Shown here piece by piece: positions 15,953 to 29,946 of a DNA stretch of 64,000 nt (the stretch's first letter is position 1; each line of letters begins with the position of its first letter). This DNA comes from Anaeramoeba ignava BMAN (Eukaryota > Protista > Anaeramoebae): positions 1-64,000 of the forward strand of contig JAPDFW010000059.1 of assembly GCA_028826165.1 (NCBI GenBank), in the 5' to 3' direction. Below the pieces are notes generated by a model. It worked only from the letters and a program-made list of their open reading frames with translations. It had not been told where the DNA came from and did no database searches. Position numbers and translations under genes: made by a program.

Positions 15953-17724
15953 ATGAATGAAATTTTATTTTTTGGTTATGATCCATCACCAAAGCTTTTT
16001 CAAAATGAACCAGAAATAATAACAAAACCAATCCAATTTAAATTTGAAAATGAAAATGAAAATGAAAATGAAAATGAAAATGAAAAACAAATTAAACAAA
16101 TTTCATCAGCAGGCTATTTTTCAACAATTTTCCTTTTTGAAAATGGAAAAGCAATAGAATATTTAAATGAAAACGATTCAAAACAAAATCCTTCAGAAAT
16201 CCAAATTGAAGAAAATATTCAAAAAGTAACTGTTGGTGGTCAAAATGAAGCTATTTTAACAATAAAAGGAAATGTATTTTCAAAAGGAAAAGATATTAAT
16301 CCAAATAACCCAAATCAATTTATCAATATTTCATCATTAATTGAAGATACAAAATGATAGAATAATCCAAGATATTGGTTCTGGATATTTTACAGTTTAC
16401 TTGTTAACTTCAAATCAAAATGCTTATGGAATTGGTTCAAATTATTCTAGCGAATTTGGTGTTGATTATAAAACACTTAAAAGAACAGAAAAACCAATTT
16501 TAATGATGAAAAATGTTTCTAAAATATTTTCAGGAAATACTTCAAGTTCTGTTTTCCTTTTAAATTCAAATCAAGAATTATTTGTATGCGGAAATAATTA
16601 TTATGGTCAAGTTGGATTAGGAGAATCAAGAAAAGAAGAAACAGAAATCAAAAAATTAACACAAATCCAAAATATTCCAAAAGGAAAAATAATTGATATT
16701 CAATCTGGATATTATCATTCAATAATGTTGATTGAAAATGAAAATCGAAAATCCAAAAAGAAAACTTTATTCATGTGGAGATTGGATATATAATGGACTT
16801 GGCAAAAATCAAAATACTTATGAATTTACTGAAATAAAATCATACTTATTTGATGATGATATTCTTGATTTTTCTGTTGGAAGTGTTCATACTTTGATTT
16901 TAACTTCAAAAGGGAAACTAATTGGATTTGGGAATAACAGATATGGTCAATTAGGAACTGGAGATAGAAAAGATCAATTAATTCCATTACAAATTGAACT
17001 TCCTAAATTAAGATTTAATGAAGATATTTCAAATTATCATATTTCTTGTGGAGATTATAATTCATTTATTTATTATTCTCTTTCTTCTTTTTCCAATCTT
17101 GAAGAAGATTTGATAAAATTATTTAAAAGAAAAGAATTTTGTGATATTTCATTTAAAACCAAAAATGGAGAAATAATCAAAGCTCATAAATTAATATTGA
17201 AATATAGATTAAATCAAAATGAAAATCAAATTGAAAAACTTCAAGAAATTATTTCAAAAAAATCAATTAAAGAATCAAATCAAATATTTGAAATGATTTA
17301 TTCAAACAATTCCAAAATAAATCCAAAATTATATTCTGAAATTAAAGAAATTATAAATTCAAATGAAAAAATTGAAGAAACAATGAAAAGAATTTATTTA
17401 AATAAAAATGAAAATGAAAAAGATTTTATAATTGAAAGAAAAGAAAAACAATATAAATTTCCTAAATTAATATTAATAATGAGAAGTGAATTATATCGAG
17501 GAATGTTTTTATCTGTAACAAATGATAAATCAAATAAAGTTACAGATTATAGTGAATTAAGTAATAAATCATTTCAAATATTTGAATATTGGATTTATTC
17601 AAATCAAATTAAAGATGAAATTCAAATTACACAAGAAATTATTCAAGAATTAGAAATTGGAATTGATTATTTTCAATTAAATCAAACAAATCCAAATTTA
17701 TTTGATTTATTAATTCAAAATTAA
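15953..17724 (+). CDS. RCC1-repeat propeller + tandem BTB protein, paralog 1 (intronless; frameshifts near 16353 and 16746)
   Basis: Three consecutive ORFs join into one protein colinear with paralogs 2 and 3; RCC1 motifs (GNNRYGQLGTG, SVGSVHTLIL) and BTB (FCDISF..AHKLIL; LIMRSELYRGMF). Confidence 0.85.
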
Positions 17725-17895
17725 TAATCAAAATCAAAATCAAAATCAAAATCAAAATCAAAATCAAAATCAAAATCAAAATCAAAATCAAAATCAAAAT
17801 CAAAATCAAAATCAAAATCAAAATCAAAATCAAAATCAAAATCAAAATCAAAATCAAAATCAAAATCAAAATCAAAATCAAAACCAAAATCAAAA
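17725..17895. repeat. (AAAATC)n microsatellite directly after a stop codon
   Basis: Near-perfect hexamer run. Confidence 0.95.
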
Positions 17896-18107
17896 AAAGA
17901 AAACAACGGAATTTGTAATTCAATTACATCAAACAAATCCAAATTTATTGAATTCATTACTTAATAAATTTATTCAAAAATCATCAAAAGAAAACTGATT
18001 AAAATCAAAATTAAAATTAAAATTAAAATTAAAATTAAAATTAAAATTAAAATTCATTTTTCATTTTTCATTTTTCATTTTTCATTTTTTTTTTAATAAG
18101 AATCAAA

Positions 18108-20467
18108 ATGACAGACAATTTTTTATATGGAGTTGGAATGAACCAAAATGGACAATTAACATTTGAAGAAAAATCATCAGTTCTTTATCCCAAAAAAATT
18201 ACGTATTTTGGAGAAAAAAAAGTAATTTTATTAACAGCAGGATATGAAAATTCCCTTTTTCTTTTAGAAGGAAATGAATTAGAACAATTTGGATTAGACA
18301 AGAAAAATTACACTGAGTTTTTTAAAGATAAACCTATTCAAGATATTCAAGCAGGTCAAGATCATTTTTCTGTTTTAACTCAAAATGGTGATGTTTATTC
18401 TTGGAGACCTGGAACTGGTGAATATATTGATTCTCAATATGTTTCTCTTGAACCAAAAAAAATCCCTTTTAATGAACCTGTTAAACATATTGTTTGTGGT
18501 GGTCATTCAACTTATCTTTTATTAGAGTATATTTTTTTTCTTGTTTTCAATTTAAATCAAAATTAAAAATAAAATTAAAATTCATTTATAAAATTCATTT
18601 ATAAAATTAAAATTAAATTTAAAATTAAATTTAAAATTAAAATTCGAAATTAAAATTCATTTATAAAATTAAAATTAAATTTAAAATTTAAATTAAAATT
18701 AAAATTTAAATTTATAAAATTTAAATTAAAATTAAAATTAAAATTTAAAATTAAAATCAAAATTAAAATTCAAATTAAAATTAAAATTAAAATTAAAATT
18801 CAAATTAAAATTTAAATTAAAATTAAAATTAAAATTAAAATTAAAATTAAAATTAAAATTAAAATTAAAATTAAAATTAAAATTAAAATTCAAATTAAAA
18901 TTAAAATTCATTTGTAAAATTAAAATTAATATTAAAATGTAAAATTAAAATTAAAATTTAAATTAAAATTTATTTATAAAATTAAAATTAAAATTAAAAT
19001 TAAAATTAAATTTATAAAATCAAAATCAAAATTTAAAATTAAAATTAAAATGTAAAATTATTAGAAATGGAGATTTATTTGGACATGGTTCAAATCAACA
19101 AAGTCAAATCTCTGAAGAATCAACAGGATATATAGAAAAGCCAGAATTAATAAGTCATAACGTATTGAGAGTATTTTCTGGACCATATTCACATCAAGTA
19201 TTTTACATTGACGATGAAAACAAATTATACTGTCGAGGATATAATAAATATGGACAACTTGGAACGAATCAAACATCAAATGAAAAAAAAAATTATCATC
19301 ACAAAATGTTTGATGATAAAGAAATAATTGATGTTTCATGTGGATATTGCCACACTTTAGTATTAACAAGAGAAGGAGAAGGACAACATCTTTATTCAAC
19401 TGGTTATTATCATTATAACGGTTTGGATCGATCTTATGATACTACTAAATTCGATATTCTTTTTAAATATTCTGATCAACATATCCTTCAAATGAGCTCA
19501 GGATCTCAATTTTCTTTCCTTTTAATTCCTGAAAATAAATTTATTATTTTCGGTTATAATGATTGGGGTCAATTAGGTACAAATGATACAGGTTCAAAAG
19601 TTAAACCTTATACTTTATCTTTTTCCGAATTTAAAGATAAAATGGATTTGGAAGTTATTTGTGGATCTTATTGCACTTTTTTTAAACAAAAAACTGCTGT
19701 AAAATTAAAATTCATTTAAAATTAAAATTCATTTAAAATTAAAATTATAAAATTATAAAATTATAAAGAAATATCATACAATTCATGATGATTTGTTAGA
19801 ATTCTTTAATAAACAAGAATTTTGTGATGCAAAAGTTAAAACAATTGATGGAGAAGAAATTTCTTTTCATTCTTTAATTGTTACTTTAAGAACTCAAAGA
19901 ACCGTTTATGAAATTATTGAAATTTTACAAAAAAAAACAAAGAAACAAGTCAATCTTATTCTCACTTTTCTTTATTCATTGAAATTTTTCAATTTTGATG
20001 TTTTAGAAATGTTTTCTCAAGAAATTGATTATCCCGATTTGATTGGCACAAAAAAATCTGAAATTTATGATCAAGATTTAGAAAAATTATATCAACAAGA
20101 TTCAACAAAAGATTTTGTTATTATCAGTGAAGGAAAAGAAATCAAAGCTCATAAAATTATTTTAGCAGCAAGAAGTGAATTATTTCATGGTATGTTTATG
20201 ACTGTTCAAGATGATTCAGGAAAAGTTCATGATTATCGAGAAAGTTCATCAACTGCTCTTCAAAAATTGATTGAGTTTTTATATCTTGATTCTCTTCAAT
20301 CTTCTATCTCAAATGAAATTGCTTTGGAATTGGAAGAAATGATTGATTTCTATCAACTTAATCCAAAATCAAAATTAAGTTCAGAAATTTTGAGAATGTC
20401 GCCAAAAAAATATAAAAACCAAAAAAAGAACTCAAAAACTAAAAAGAAAAGATTTTGGTTTTTTTAA
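18108..20467 (+). CDS. Divergent RCC1-BTB-BTB protein; exons 18108-18526, 19065-19698, 19769-20467
   Basis: RCC1 repeats (GMNQNGQL, GYNKYGQLG, GYNDWGQLG), BTB (KAHKIILAARSELFHGMF); two frame-preserving GT-AG introns. Confidence 0.88.
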
Positions 20468-22341
20468 TTAAAATCCCAACTTGCAATTTCTGAAAATGAT
20501 TAATAAAGAAATGATTTGAATTTTTGATTGAATTTTTGATTTAATTTTAATTTTGATTTTGATTTTGATTATTAAATTTTTAATTAATAAATCAAATAAA
20601 TTTGGATTTGTTTGATTTAATTGAAAATAATCAATTCCAATTTCTAATTCATTAATTATTTCTTGTGTAATTTCAATTTCATCTTTAATTTGATTTGAAT
20701 AAATCCAATATTCAAATATTTGAAATGATTTATTACTTAATTCACTATAATCTGTAACTTTATTTGATTTATCATTTGTTACAGATAAAAACATTCCTCG
20801 ATATAATTCACTTCTCATTATTAATATTAATTTAGGAAATTTATATTGTTTTTCTTTTCTTTCAATTATAAAATCTTTTTCATTTTCATTTTCATTTTCA
20901 TTTAAATAAATTCTTTTCATTGTTTCTTCAATTTTTTCATTTAAATTTATAATTTCTTTAATTTCAGAATATAATTTTGGATTTATTATTCTGTTTGAAT
21001 AAATCATTTCAAATATTTGATTTGATTCTTTAATTGATTTTTTTGAAATAATTTCTTGAAGTTTTTCAATTTCATTTTCAATTTTGATTTAATCTATATT
21101 TCAATATTAATTTATGAGCTTTGATTATTTCTCCATTTTCTGGTTTTAAATGAAATATCACAAAATTCTTTTCTTTCAAATAATTTTATCAAATCTTCTT
21201 CAAGATTAGAAAAAGAAGAAAGAGAATAATAAAGAAATGAATTGAATTCTCCACAAGAAAGATGATAATTAGAAATATCTTCATTAAATCTTAATTTAGG
21301 AAGTTCAATTTGTAATGGAATTAATTGATAAAAATATGTATCTCCTGTTCCTAATTGACCATATCTGTTATTTCCAAATCCAATTAGTTTCCCTTTTGAA
21401 GTTAATATCAAATTATGAACACTTCCAACAGAAAAATCAAGAATATTATCATCATTTTCAAATAAAGATGATTTGATTTCAGTAAATTCATAAGTATTTT
21501 CATCTTCACCAAGTCCATTATATATCCAATATCCACATGAATAAAGTTTTCTTTTTGGATTTTGATTTTCATCTTCAATCAACATTATTGAATGATTATA
21601 TCCAGATTGAATATCAATTATTTTGCCTTTTGGAATATTTTGGATTTGTGTTAATTTTTGGATTTCTGTTTCTTCTTTTCTTGATTCTCCTAATCCAAGT
21701 TGAGCATATTGATTATTACCACATCCAAATAATTCTTGATTTGAATTTAAAAGGAAAACATGAGCTGAAGAATTTCCTGAAAATATTTTAGAAACATTTT
21801 TCATCATTAAAATTGGTTTTTCTGTTTCTTTAAGTGTTTCATAATCAAAACCAAGTTTACCATAATAATTATCACCAATTCCATAAACATTTTGATTTGA
21901 AGTTAATAAGTAAATTGAACTATTTCCAGAAACAATATCTTGAATTATTCTATCATTTGTATCTTCAATTAATGATGAAATATTGATAAATTGATTTATA
22001 TTTTCGTAATTGATATCATATCCTTTTGCAAATGCATTTCCTTCTTTTGTTAAAATAGCTTCATTTTGATAACCAACAGATACTTTTTGAATATTTTCTT
22101 CAATTTGGATTTCTTCAGGATTTTGATTTGAATCATTTTCATTTAAATATTCTATTGCTTTTCCATTTTTAAAAAGGAAAATTGTTCCAAAATTACTTGA
22201 TGAAATTTGTTTAATTTGTTTTTCATTTTCATTTTCATTTTCATTTTCAAATTTAAATTGAATTGGTTTTGTTATTTCATTTGGTTCGTTTTTGAAAAGT
22301 TTTGGATATTCATTTAAACCAAAAAATAAAATTTCATTCAT
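20468..22341 (-). CDS. RCC1-BTB paralog 2 (intronless; frameshift near 21140; true stop may be nearer 20550)
   Basis: ORFs 21112-22341 and 20468-21007 are colinear with paralogs 1 and 3; BTB region almost identical. Confidence 0.85.
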
Positions 22342-22369
22342 TTTTGAAAAGAAAAAAAATGAAAAAAAT

Positions 22370-23270
22370 GATTTTAATTTTGATTTTAATTTTAATTTTG
22401 AATTTTAATTTTAATTTTGATTTTAATTTTAATTTTAATTTTAATTTTAATTTTAATTTTAATTTTGATTTTAATTATTAAATTTGATTTTGATTTTAAT
22501 TTTGATTTTAATTTTAATTTTAATTTTAATTTTAATTTTAATTTTAAATTTGATTTTAATTTTGATTTTAATTTTGATTTTAATTTTAATTTTGATTTTA
22601 ATTTTAATTTTGATTTTAATTTTAATTTTAAATTTAATTTTAAATTTAATTTTAATTTTAATTTTAATTTTAATTTTAAATTTGATTTAAATTTAATTTT
22701 AATTTTGATATTAATTTTGATTTTGATTTTAATTTTAATTTTAATTTTAATTTTTAATTTTAATTTTAATTTTGATTTTTGATTTTAATTTTAATTTTAA
22801 ATTTTAATTTTAATTTTAATTTTAATTTTAATTTTAATTTTGATTTTTAATTTTAATTTTAATTTTAATTTTAATTTTAATTTTAATTTTAATTTTTAAT
22901 TTTAATTTTTAATTTTAATTTTAATTTTAAATTTTAATTTTAATTTTGATTTTAATTTTAATTTTTAATTTTAATTTTGATTTTAATTTTTAATTTTGAT
23001 TTTGATTTTAATTTTGATTTTAATTTTAATTTTAATTTTAATTTTAATTTTAATTTTAATTTTAATTTTAATTTTAATTTTAATTTTAATTTTAATTTTA
23101 ATTTTAATTTTAATTTTAATTTTAATTTTAATTTTTAATTTTAATTTTAATTTTAATTTTAATTTTAAATTTTAATTTTGATTTTAATTTTAATTTAAAT
23201 TTTGATTTTGATTTTAATTTTAATTTTGATTTTAATTTTAATTTAAATTTTAATTTTGATTTTAATTTCC
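22370..23270. repeat. (TTTTAA/TTTTGA)n microsatellite between RCC1-BTB paralogs 2 and 3
   Basis: ~900-bp hexamer array. Confidence 0.95.
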
Positions 23271-23273
23271 ATT

Positions 23274-25071
23274 TTAATTTTGATTTTGATTATTAAATTT
23301 GTTAATTAATAAATTAAATAAATTTGGATTTGTTTGATTTAATTGAAAATAATCAATTCCTCTTTGAATTTCATCAATTATTTCTTGTGTAATTTTAATT
23401 TCATCTTTAATTTGATTTGAATAAATCCAATATTCAAATATTTGAAATGATTTATTACTTAATTCACTATAATCTGTGACTTTATTAGATTTATCATTTG
23501 TTACAGATAAAAACATTCCTCGATATAATTCACTTCTCATTATTAATATTAATTTTGGAAATTTATATTGTTTTTCTTTTCTTTCAATTATAAAATCTTT
23601 TTCATTTTCATTTTCATTTAAATAAATTCTTTTCATTGTTTCTTCAATTTTTTCATTTGAATTTATAATTTCTTTAATTTCAAAATATAATTTTGGATTT
23701 ATTATTCTATTTGAATAAATCATTTCAAATATTTGATTTGATTCTTTAATTGATTTTTTTGAAATAATTTCTTGAAGTTTTTCAATTTCATTTTGATTTT
23801 GATTTAATCTATATTTTAATATTAATTTATGAGCTTCGATTATTTCTCCATTTTTGGTTTTAAATGAAATATCACAAAATTCTTTTCTTTCAAATAATTT
23901 TATCAAATCTTCTTCAAGATTAGAAAAAGAAAAAGAAGAATAATAAAAAAATGAACTAAAATTTCCACAAGAAAGATGATAATTTGAAATATTTTCATTA
24001 AATCTTAATTTAGGAAGTTCAATTTGAATAGGGATATATGAACTTTCTGTCTTTCCAGTTCCTAATTGACCATGATAATCAATCCCAAATGCTATCAATT
24101 TTGAATTGGAAGTTAAAATCAAAGTATGATTACTTCCAACAGAAAAATCAAGAATATCATCATCAAATAAAGATGATTTGATTTCAGTAAATTCATAAGT
24201 ATTTTCATCTTCATCTTTGCCAAGTCCATTATATAAATAATGTCCACATGAATAAAGTTTTCTTTTTGGATTTTCATTTTGATTTTCAATCAACATTATT
24301 GAATGAGAACTTCCACATTGAATATCAATTATTTTGCCTTTTGGAATATTTTGTATTTGTGTTAATTTTTGGATATTTATTTCTTCTTTTACAGCAATTT
24401 GTTTATCTTCATTATCACCACATCCAAATAATTCTTGATTTGAATTTAAAAGAAAAACATGATCAGAAGTAATTCCTGAAAATATTTTAGAAACATTTTT
24501 CATCATTAAAATTGGTTTTTCTGTTTTTTCAAGTCTTTCAGAATCAAAACCAAGTTTACCATATTCATTTGAACCAATTCCATAAGCATTTTGATTTGAA
24601 GTTAATAAGTAAATTGAATCTCTTCCAGAAACAATATCTTTAATTATTCTATCATTTTTATCTTCAATTAATGATGAAATATTGATAAATTCATTTGGAT
24701 TTTCTGGATTAATATTATATCCTTTTGCAAATACATTTCCTTCTATTGTTAAAATAGCTTCATTTTGCCAAGCAATAACTACTTTTTGAATATTTTCTTC
24801 AATTTGGATTTCTTCAAGTTTAGGATTTAGATAATTTAAATATTCTATTGCTTTTCCATTTTTAAAAAGGAAAATTGTTCCAAAAGCTCCTGATGAAATT
24901 TGTTTAATTTGTTTTTCATTTTTCATTTTCATTTTCATTTTCATTTTCATTTTCATTTTCATTTTCATTTTCATTTTCAAATTTAAATTGAATTGGTTTT
25001 GTTATTTCATCTGGTTCATTTTTTAAAAGTTTGAATAAAGTATTTTCACCCCAAAATAAAATTTCATTCAT
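23274..25071 (-). CDS. RCC1-BTB paralog 3 (intronless; frameshift within the (GAAAAT)n tract near 24921)
   Basis: ATG 25071 gives MNEILFWGENTLFKLLKNEPDEITKPIQFKFENEN.., matching the paralog N-termini; remainder in ORF 23274-24980. Confidence 0.87.
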
Positions 25072-25188
25072 TTTCTTTTTTTAAAAAATGAAAAAAAAAT
25101 GAAAAACTAAAAAAAATTTTTTCATTTTTTTTTTTTGCTTTTCTCTTTTAAAAAATCATTTTTTTTTTAAAAAAAAAAAGAAATTAAA

Positions 25189-28100
25189 ATGAGTAAACCA
25201 CAACCAATTCAAACAAATTCAACATATTCCATGGGGAATTATCAATCTCTTGGTTTGAGTTCTTCACCAAAAAGACCAGAATTATCACAAGAATTCAAAA
25301 AAAATTTGAATGAAAAAACCAAATCAAAATCAAAAGCAAAAACCAATTCAAAAACAAAACCAAAAACACGTTCAAAAAAACGCGGAAAAAAAAATTCACA
25401 AACAGACGAAGATCTTGGTCCTTCAAAAGAAATTGATGTTGAAAATCCTGATCCTGTTGATGAAATGAAAACTATTGATGATGTCCTTAAACATCATATT
25501 TCTATTGCTTATTTTGAAGCTTATTTAATTCAATCACAAAGTCAAGAAAATATTTTGTTTTATCAAGCAGTAAAAAAATTTCAATCAATAAGAGATCCAG
25601 AACAAATGAGGGAAGAAGCAGATAAAATTATTTCAATTGTAATTTTAATATTTATTTCAATATTAATTTTAATATTTATTTCAATATTTATTTTAATATT
25701 TAATTTTAATATTTATTTTAATATTTATTTTAATATTTATTTTAATATTTATTTTTAAATATTTATTTTAATATTTATTTTAATATTTATTTTAATATTT
25801 AATTTAATATTTATTTTAATATTTAATTTAATATTTTAATATTTATTTTAATATTTTAAATATTTATTTTAATATTTATTTTAATATTTTAAATATTTAT
25901 TTTAATATTTATTTTAATATTTATTTTAATTTAATATTTAATTTAATATTTATTTTTAATATTTATTTTAATATTTAATTTAATATTTATTTAAATATTT
26001 AATTTAATATTTATTTTAATATTTATTTAAATATTTATTTTAATATTTTATTTAATATTTATTTAATATTTTATTTTATATTTATTTTAATATTTATTTT
26101 AATATTTATTTTAATATTTATTTTAATATTTATTTTAATATTTATTTTAATATTTATTTTAACATTTAATTTAATATTTATTTAAATATTTATTTTAATA
26201 TTTATTTTAATATTTATTTTAATATTTATTTTAATATTTATTTCAATATTTATTTTAATATTTATTTTAATATTTTATTTTATATTTTAATATTTAATTT
26301 AATATTTTAATATTTATTTAGTATATGGCTGAAAATGGGAAATATGAAATCAATATCGATTCTCCAACAAAAAGAAAAGCAATAAATACATTCCAAGATG
26401 GAAAAGTTACTAAAAATATTTTCGATGAATCACTTGATCATGTCATTCATTTAATGAAAACTGACAAATTCATTTCTTTCACAAAATCACCAGAATATAA
26501 AGAACTTTCAAAAGATTGGTATAGAATCAAAAATTCAATGATGCCAATCGGACCAGAAACACCTCGAAATGGGATATTTCAAGAATTTTATTCACACGAA
26601 AAGGAATACTCGCTAAATCTTAGTACTTTCATCGATAGAATTTGTAAACCTTTGAGTCAAGATAACGGAGCCATTATGTCTCAAGAAGATTTCAAAAAAT
26701 TGTTCTTTAACATTCAAGAGATCTTCAATTTCTCGATTGACTTTTTAACTGATCTTGACGAGAAAAAAAGGAATTGGAATTATAAAGAATGTGTTGGTGA
26801 TTTGTTCTTGAAATTCAAACACAATTTGAAAACTCTTTATGTCCCGTATTTCAATAATTTCAAAATTGCGCTTCAAACATTCAACGAGAAAATCATTCAT
26901 AATAAATCAGCATTGAACTTTTTACGCAAGCACATTACAAAAGATATTGATATTGAAAGTATGTTGAATTTACCAAATTTGCAACTCGATGCTTATAAAG
27001 AATTCATAGATAAAATGATTCATGCAAGTAGTGAGTTTCATCCTGATATTCAATATCTTGAAGAGGCAAAAAAATTCATCACCAGAACTCAATCTCGATG
27101 TCTCAAAACAACAAGTACTTCGAGTCAAGCTTGATGAAAAATCGGAGAAAATTATGACTCAATTGACACTAGTTAAAATCAATCAAGGAAAAGTTATTCA
27201 ATATTCTTTCGATAAATCAAAAGAATCAAAAGTTGTCCAATTGTTTTTGTTCAAACAATTTCTTGCTTGGGGATTCCAAATTGAGACATCTGATAACGAT
27301 ACAAATCAGCGGCAAGAATCACAACATAATTTGAAAAATAGTGACAAAATTTATCGATTGGATTATATTGTCCCTATTAACGCTATATGGCTCAATGAAA
27401 GCCCAGACGGATATGATAACGACTATGGATCTGTTCTTGAAATCATCACTCCCGAACGTAATCTCTTGATTGCTCTTACACATAAGATGAATTTCATGCA
27501 CAAAATATTTGATGTTATGGTTCAATATTTTCACATTGATATTCAAGACATAATTTCCAAGCAATATCGACTTCTCAAGTTTTTTTTCACAAACCAGATT
27601 GTATTTGAAGGGGAGATGCTCAATGGAAAATCAAAAGGGAAAGCCAAGCTTATTTATCCTAATGGAACTGTTTATGATGGTGGGGTTATTGCTGGGTTGA
27701 AAGAAGGGCCAGGTCAAATCACCTTTTTTTGTAATGATACTTTTTCTGGGAATTGGACTAAAAATAAAGTCTCTGGACAATTCACTCTTAAATATGTTAG
27801 TGGAAATATGCTAAGTACTTCTTATTCGCATAAAAACCCTCAAGAATATGGAGAGTTTGTTTCTCCTTCTGCTGGCAATTATCAAGGGAATTTTTCCGAT
27901 TTTAAATTTCATGGAAAAGGTTCTTTTACTTTTTCTAATGGCGATAAGTATATTGGTTCTTTCCAAAGAAATATGAGGCATGATTATGGTGGACTTGTTT
28001 GTAAAGATGGATCTGAGTATGCTGGATATTGGGTGAATGATATGAGGAGTGGAAAAGAGGGAACTCAAATATATCCTAATGGAGATGTATATGAAGGAGA

Positions 28101-29447
28101 ATGGTTGAATAATCTTGTAAATATTATTTTATTTTAAATATTTTATTTTAATTTTATTTTAATTAATTAATTTGAATATTTTATTTTTATTAATTTGAAT
28201 ATTTTGGATATTTTATTTTAAATATTTTATTTTAAATATTTTGGATATTTTGAATATTTTAATTTTAAATAATTCGAATATTTTATTTTAAATATTAATT
28301 TGGATATTTTATTTTAAATATTAATTTGGATATTTTAATATTTTAATTTGAATATTTTGAATATTTTGAATATTTTAATTAATTTGAATATTTTAATATT
28401 TTAAATATTTTGAATATTTTGAATATTTTATTTTTGAATATTTTGAATATTTTAATTAATTAATTTATTTATTTTGAATATTTTATTTTAAATATTTTAA
28501 ATATTTTGAATATTTTGAATAATTAATTTGAATATTTTATTTTAAATATTTTGGATATTTTGAATATTTTAATTTTAATTTGAATATTTTATTTTATTTT
28601 AAATATTTTATTTTATTTTAAATATTTTGAATATTTTGAATATTTTATTTTAAATATTTTAATTAATTGAATATTTTAATATTTTAAATATAGCGACATG
28701 GAAATGGTAAATTTTCTTCGCATAAAACAACTTATTATGGAGAATGGAAAAATGATCTTAAGCATGGAAAAGGAAAACTTTTTTATTCTCGAGATAATGT
28801 TAAATATTTTGGTCAATTTGAAAATGGATTACGCTCAGGAAATGGAAGATTTATAAACGGAAATTGGAGATATATTGGGGAATGGGAACGTAATTATCCA
28901 AATGGAAAAGGTGAATTGATTATTTGCAATAAAAAGATTGTTGAAAATGAAGAAGAAAATAAAAACAATCTTGTGAAAAAATATTCTGGTATTTTTAGAT
29001 TTGGGAAACCTTATGATGAAAATATGAAATGTATTGAAAAATCTTTACAATTTGAAGGTCAAATTGAATTTGGAGTTGTAAGAATTTATTTAAAATTCAA
29101 TTTAAAATTCAATTTAAAAAAATTTTTCATCAATTAAATAGAAAAAAGGATATGGAAAAATCATTTTCCCAAATGGAAACAAAATCATTTCTATATTTAA
29201 TTCAGGACTTCCTTCACAAGAGGAAGAATTATCAATTCATTTTTCTGAAAATCAAAATAAAAAAGAATCAACAATTCTTAAATACACAAATACAAGAGTG
29301 GAATTTGAACAAAATAGCCTCGATAATGAAAGAAGTAATCTTCTCCAAAAATTAGCTAGACAAGTAAATACAATTGAACCAATTAATGAATCAATTATTT
29401 GTTGGCTTTCTCCTCCTGAACATGAACAAACACTTGAATGGTTTTAA
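25189..29447 (+). CDS. RGS + DH(RhoGEF) + PH + MORN-repeat protein; exons 25189-25638, 26322-28116 (frameshift ~27083), 28694-29077, 29142-29447
   Basis: RGS (FEAYLIQSQSQENILFYQAV..YEINIDS..LMKTDKFISF), DH (EFYSHEKEYSLNL..LFFNIQEI..VGDLFL..HPDIQYL), PH-like segment, MORN repeats (YPNGDVYEGEWLNNLRHGNG); GT-AG introns keep frame. Confidence 0.85.
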
Positions 29448-29459
29448 TTAAAAAAAAAG

Positions 29460-29745
29460 GAATTTTTAAATTGATTTGAATTAAATTGAATTGATTTAAT
29501 TGGATTTGATTTAAATTGAATTGATTTAATTTGATTTGATTTGAATTGATTTAATTTGATTAAATTGATTTGATTTAAATTGAATTGATTTAATTAAATT
29601 GATTTGATTTAAATTGAATTGATTTAATTAAATTGATTTAAATTGAATTGATTTGATTTAAATTGATTTAAATTGAATTGATTGAATTAAATTGATTTGA
29701 TTTGATTTAATTTGATTTGAATTGATTTAATTTGATTTGATTTGG
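29460..29745. repeat. (TTGAT/TTAAA/TTGAA)n pentamer-like array downstream of a stop codon
   Basis: Degenerate 5-mer array. Confidence 0.85.
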
Positions 29746-29946
29746 GAAAGTCTTCAGTTATCTCATTTTCTTGTTGTTTTTTTTGTTCTTTTTTCTATCT
29801 CTTCATTTTTAAAATGTTGTAATGGAAAAAAAAAATTTAATCAATTAATTTTAATCAATTTGATTTTTTTTTTCTTTTTACACAAAAATAATAAATTCCA
29901 TTTTTTTCATTTTTCATTTTTCATTTTTCATTTTTTCATTTTATTA

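Noticed and set aside
20460-20475. Zero-gap tail-to-tail genes
   Set aside because: Paralog 2's extended tail appears to come from a 1-bp deletion relative to paralog 3; the real stop is probably near 20550.
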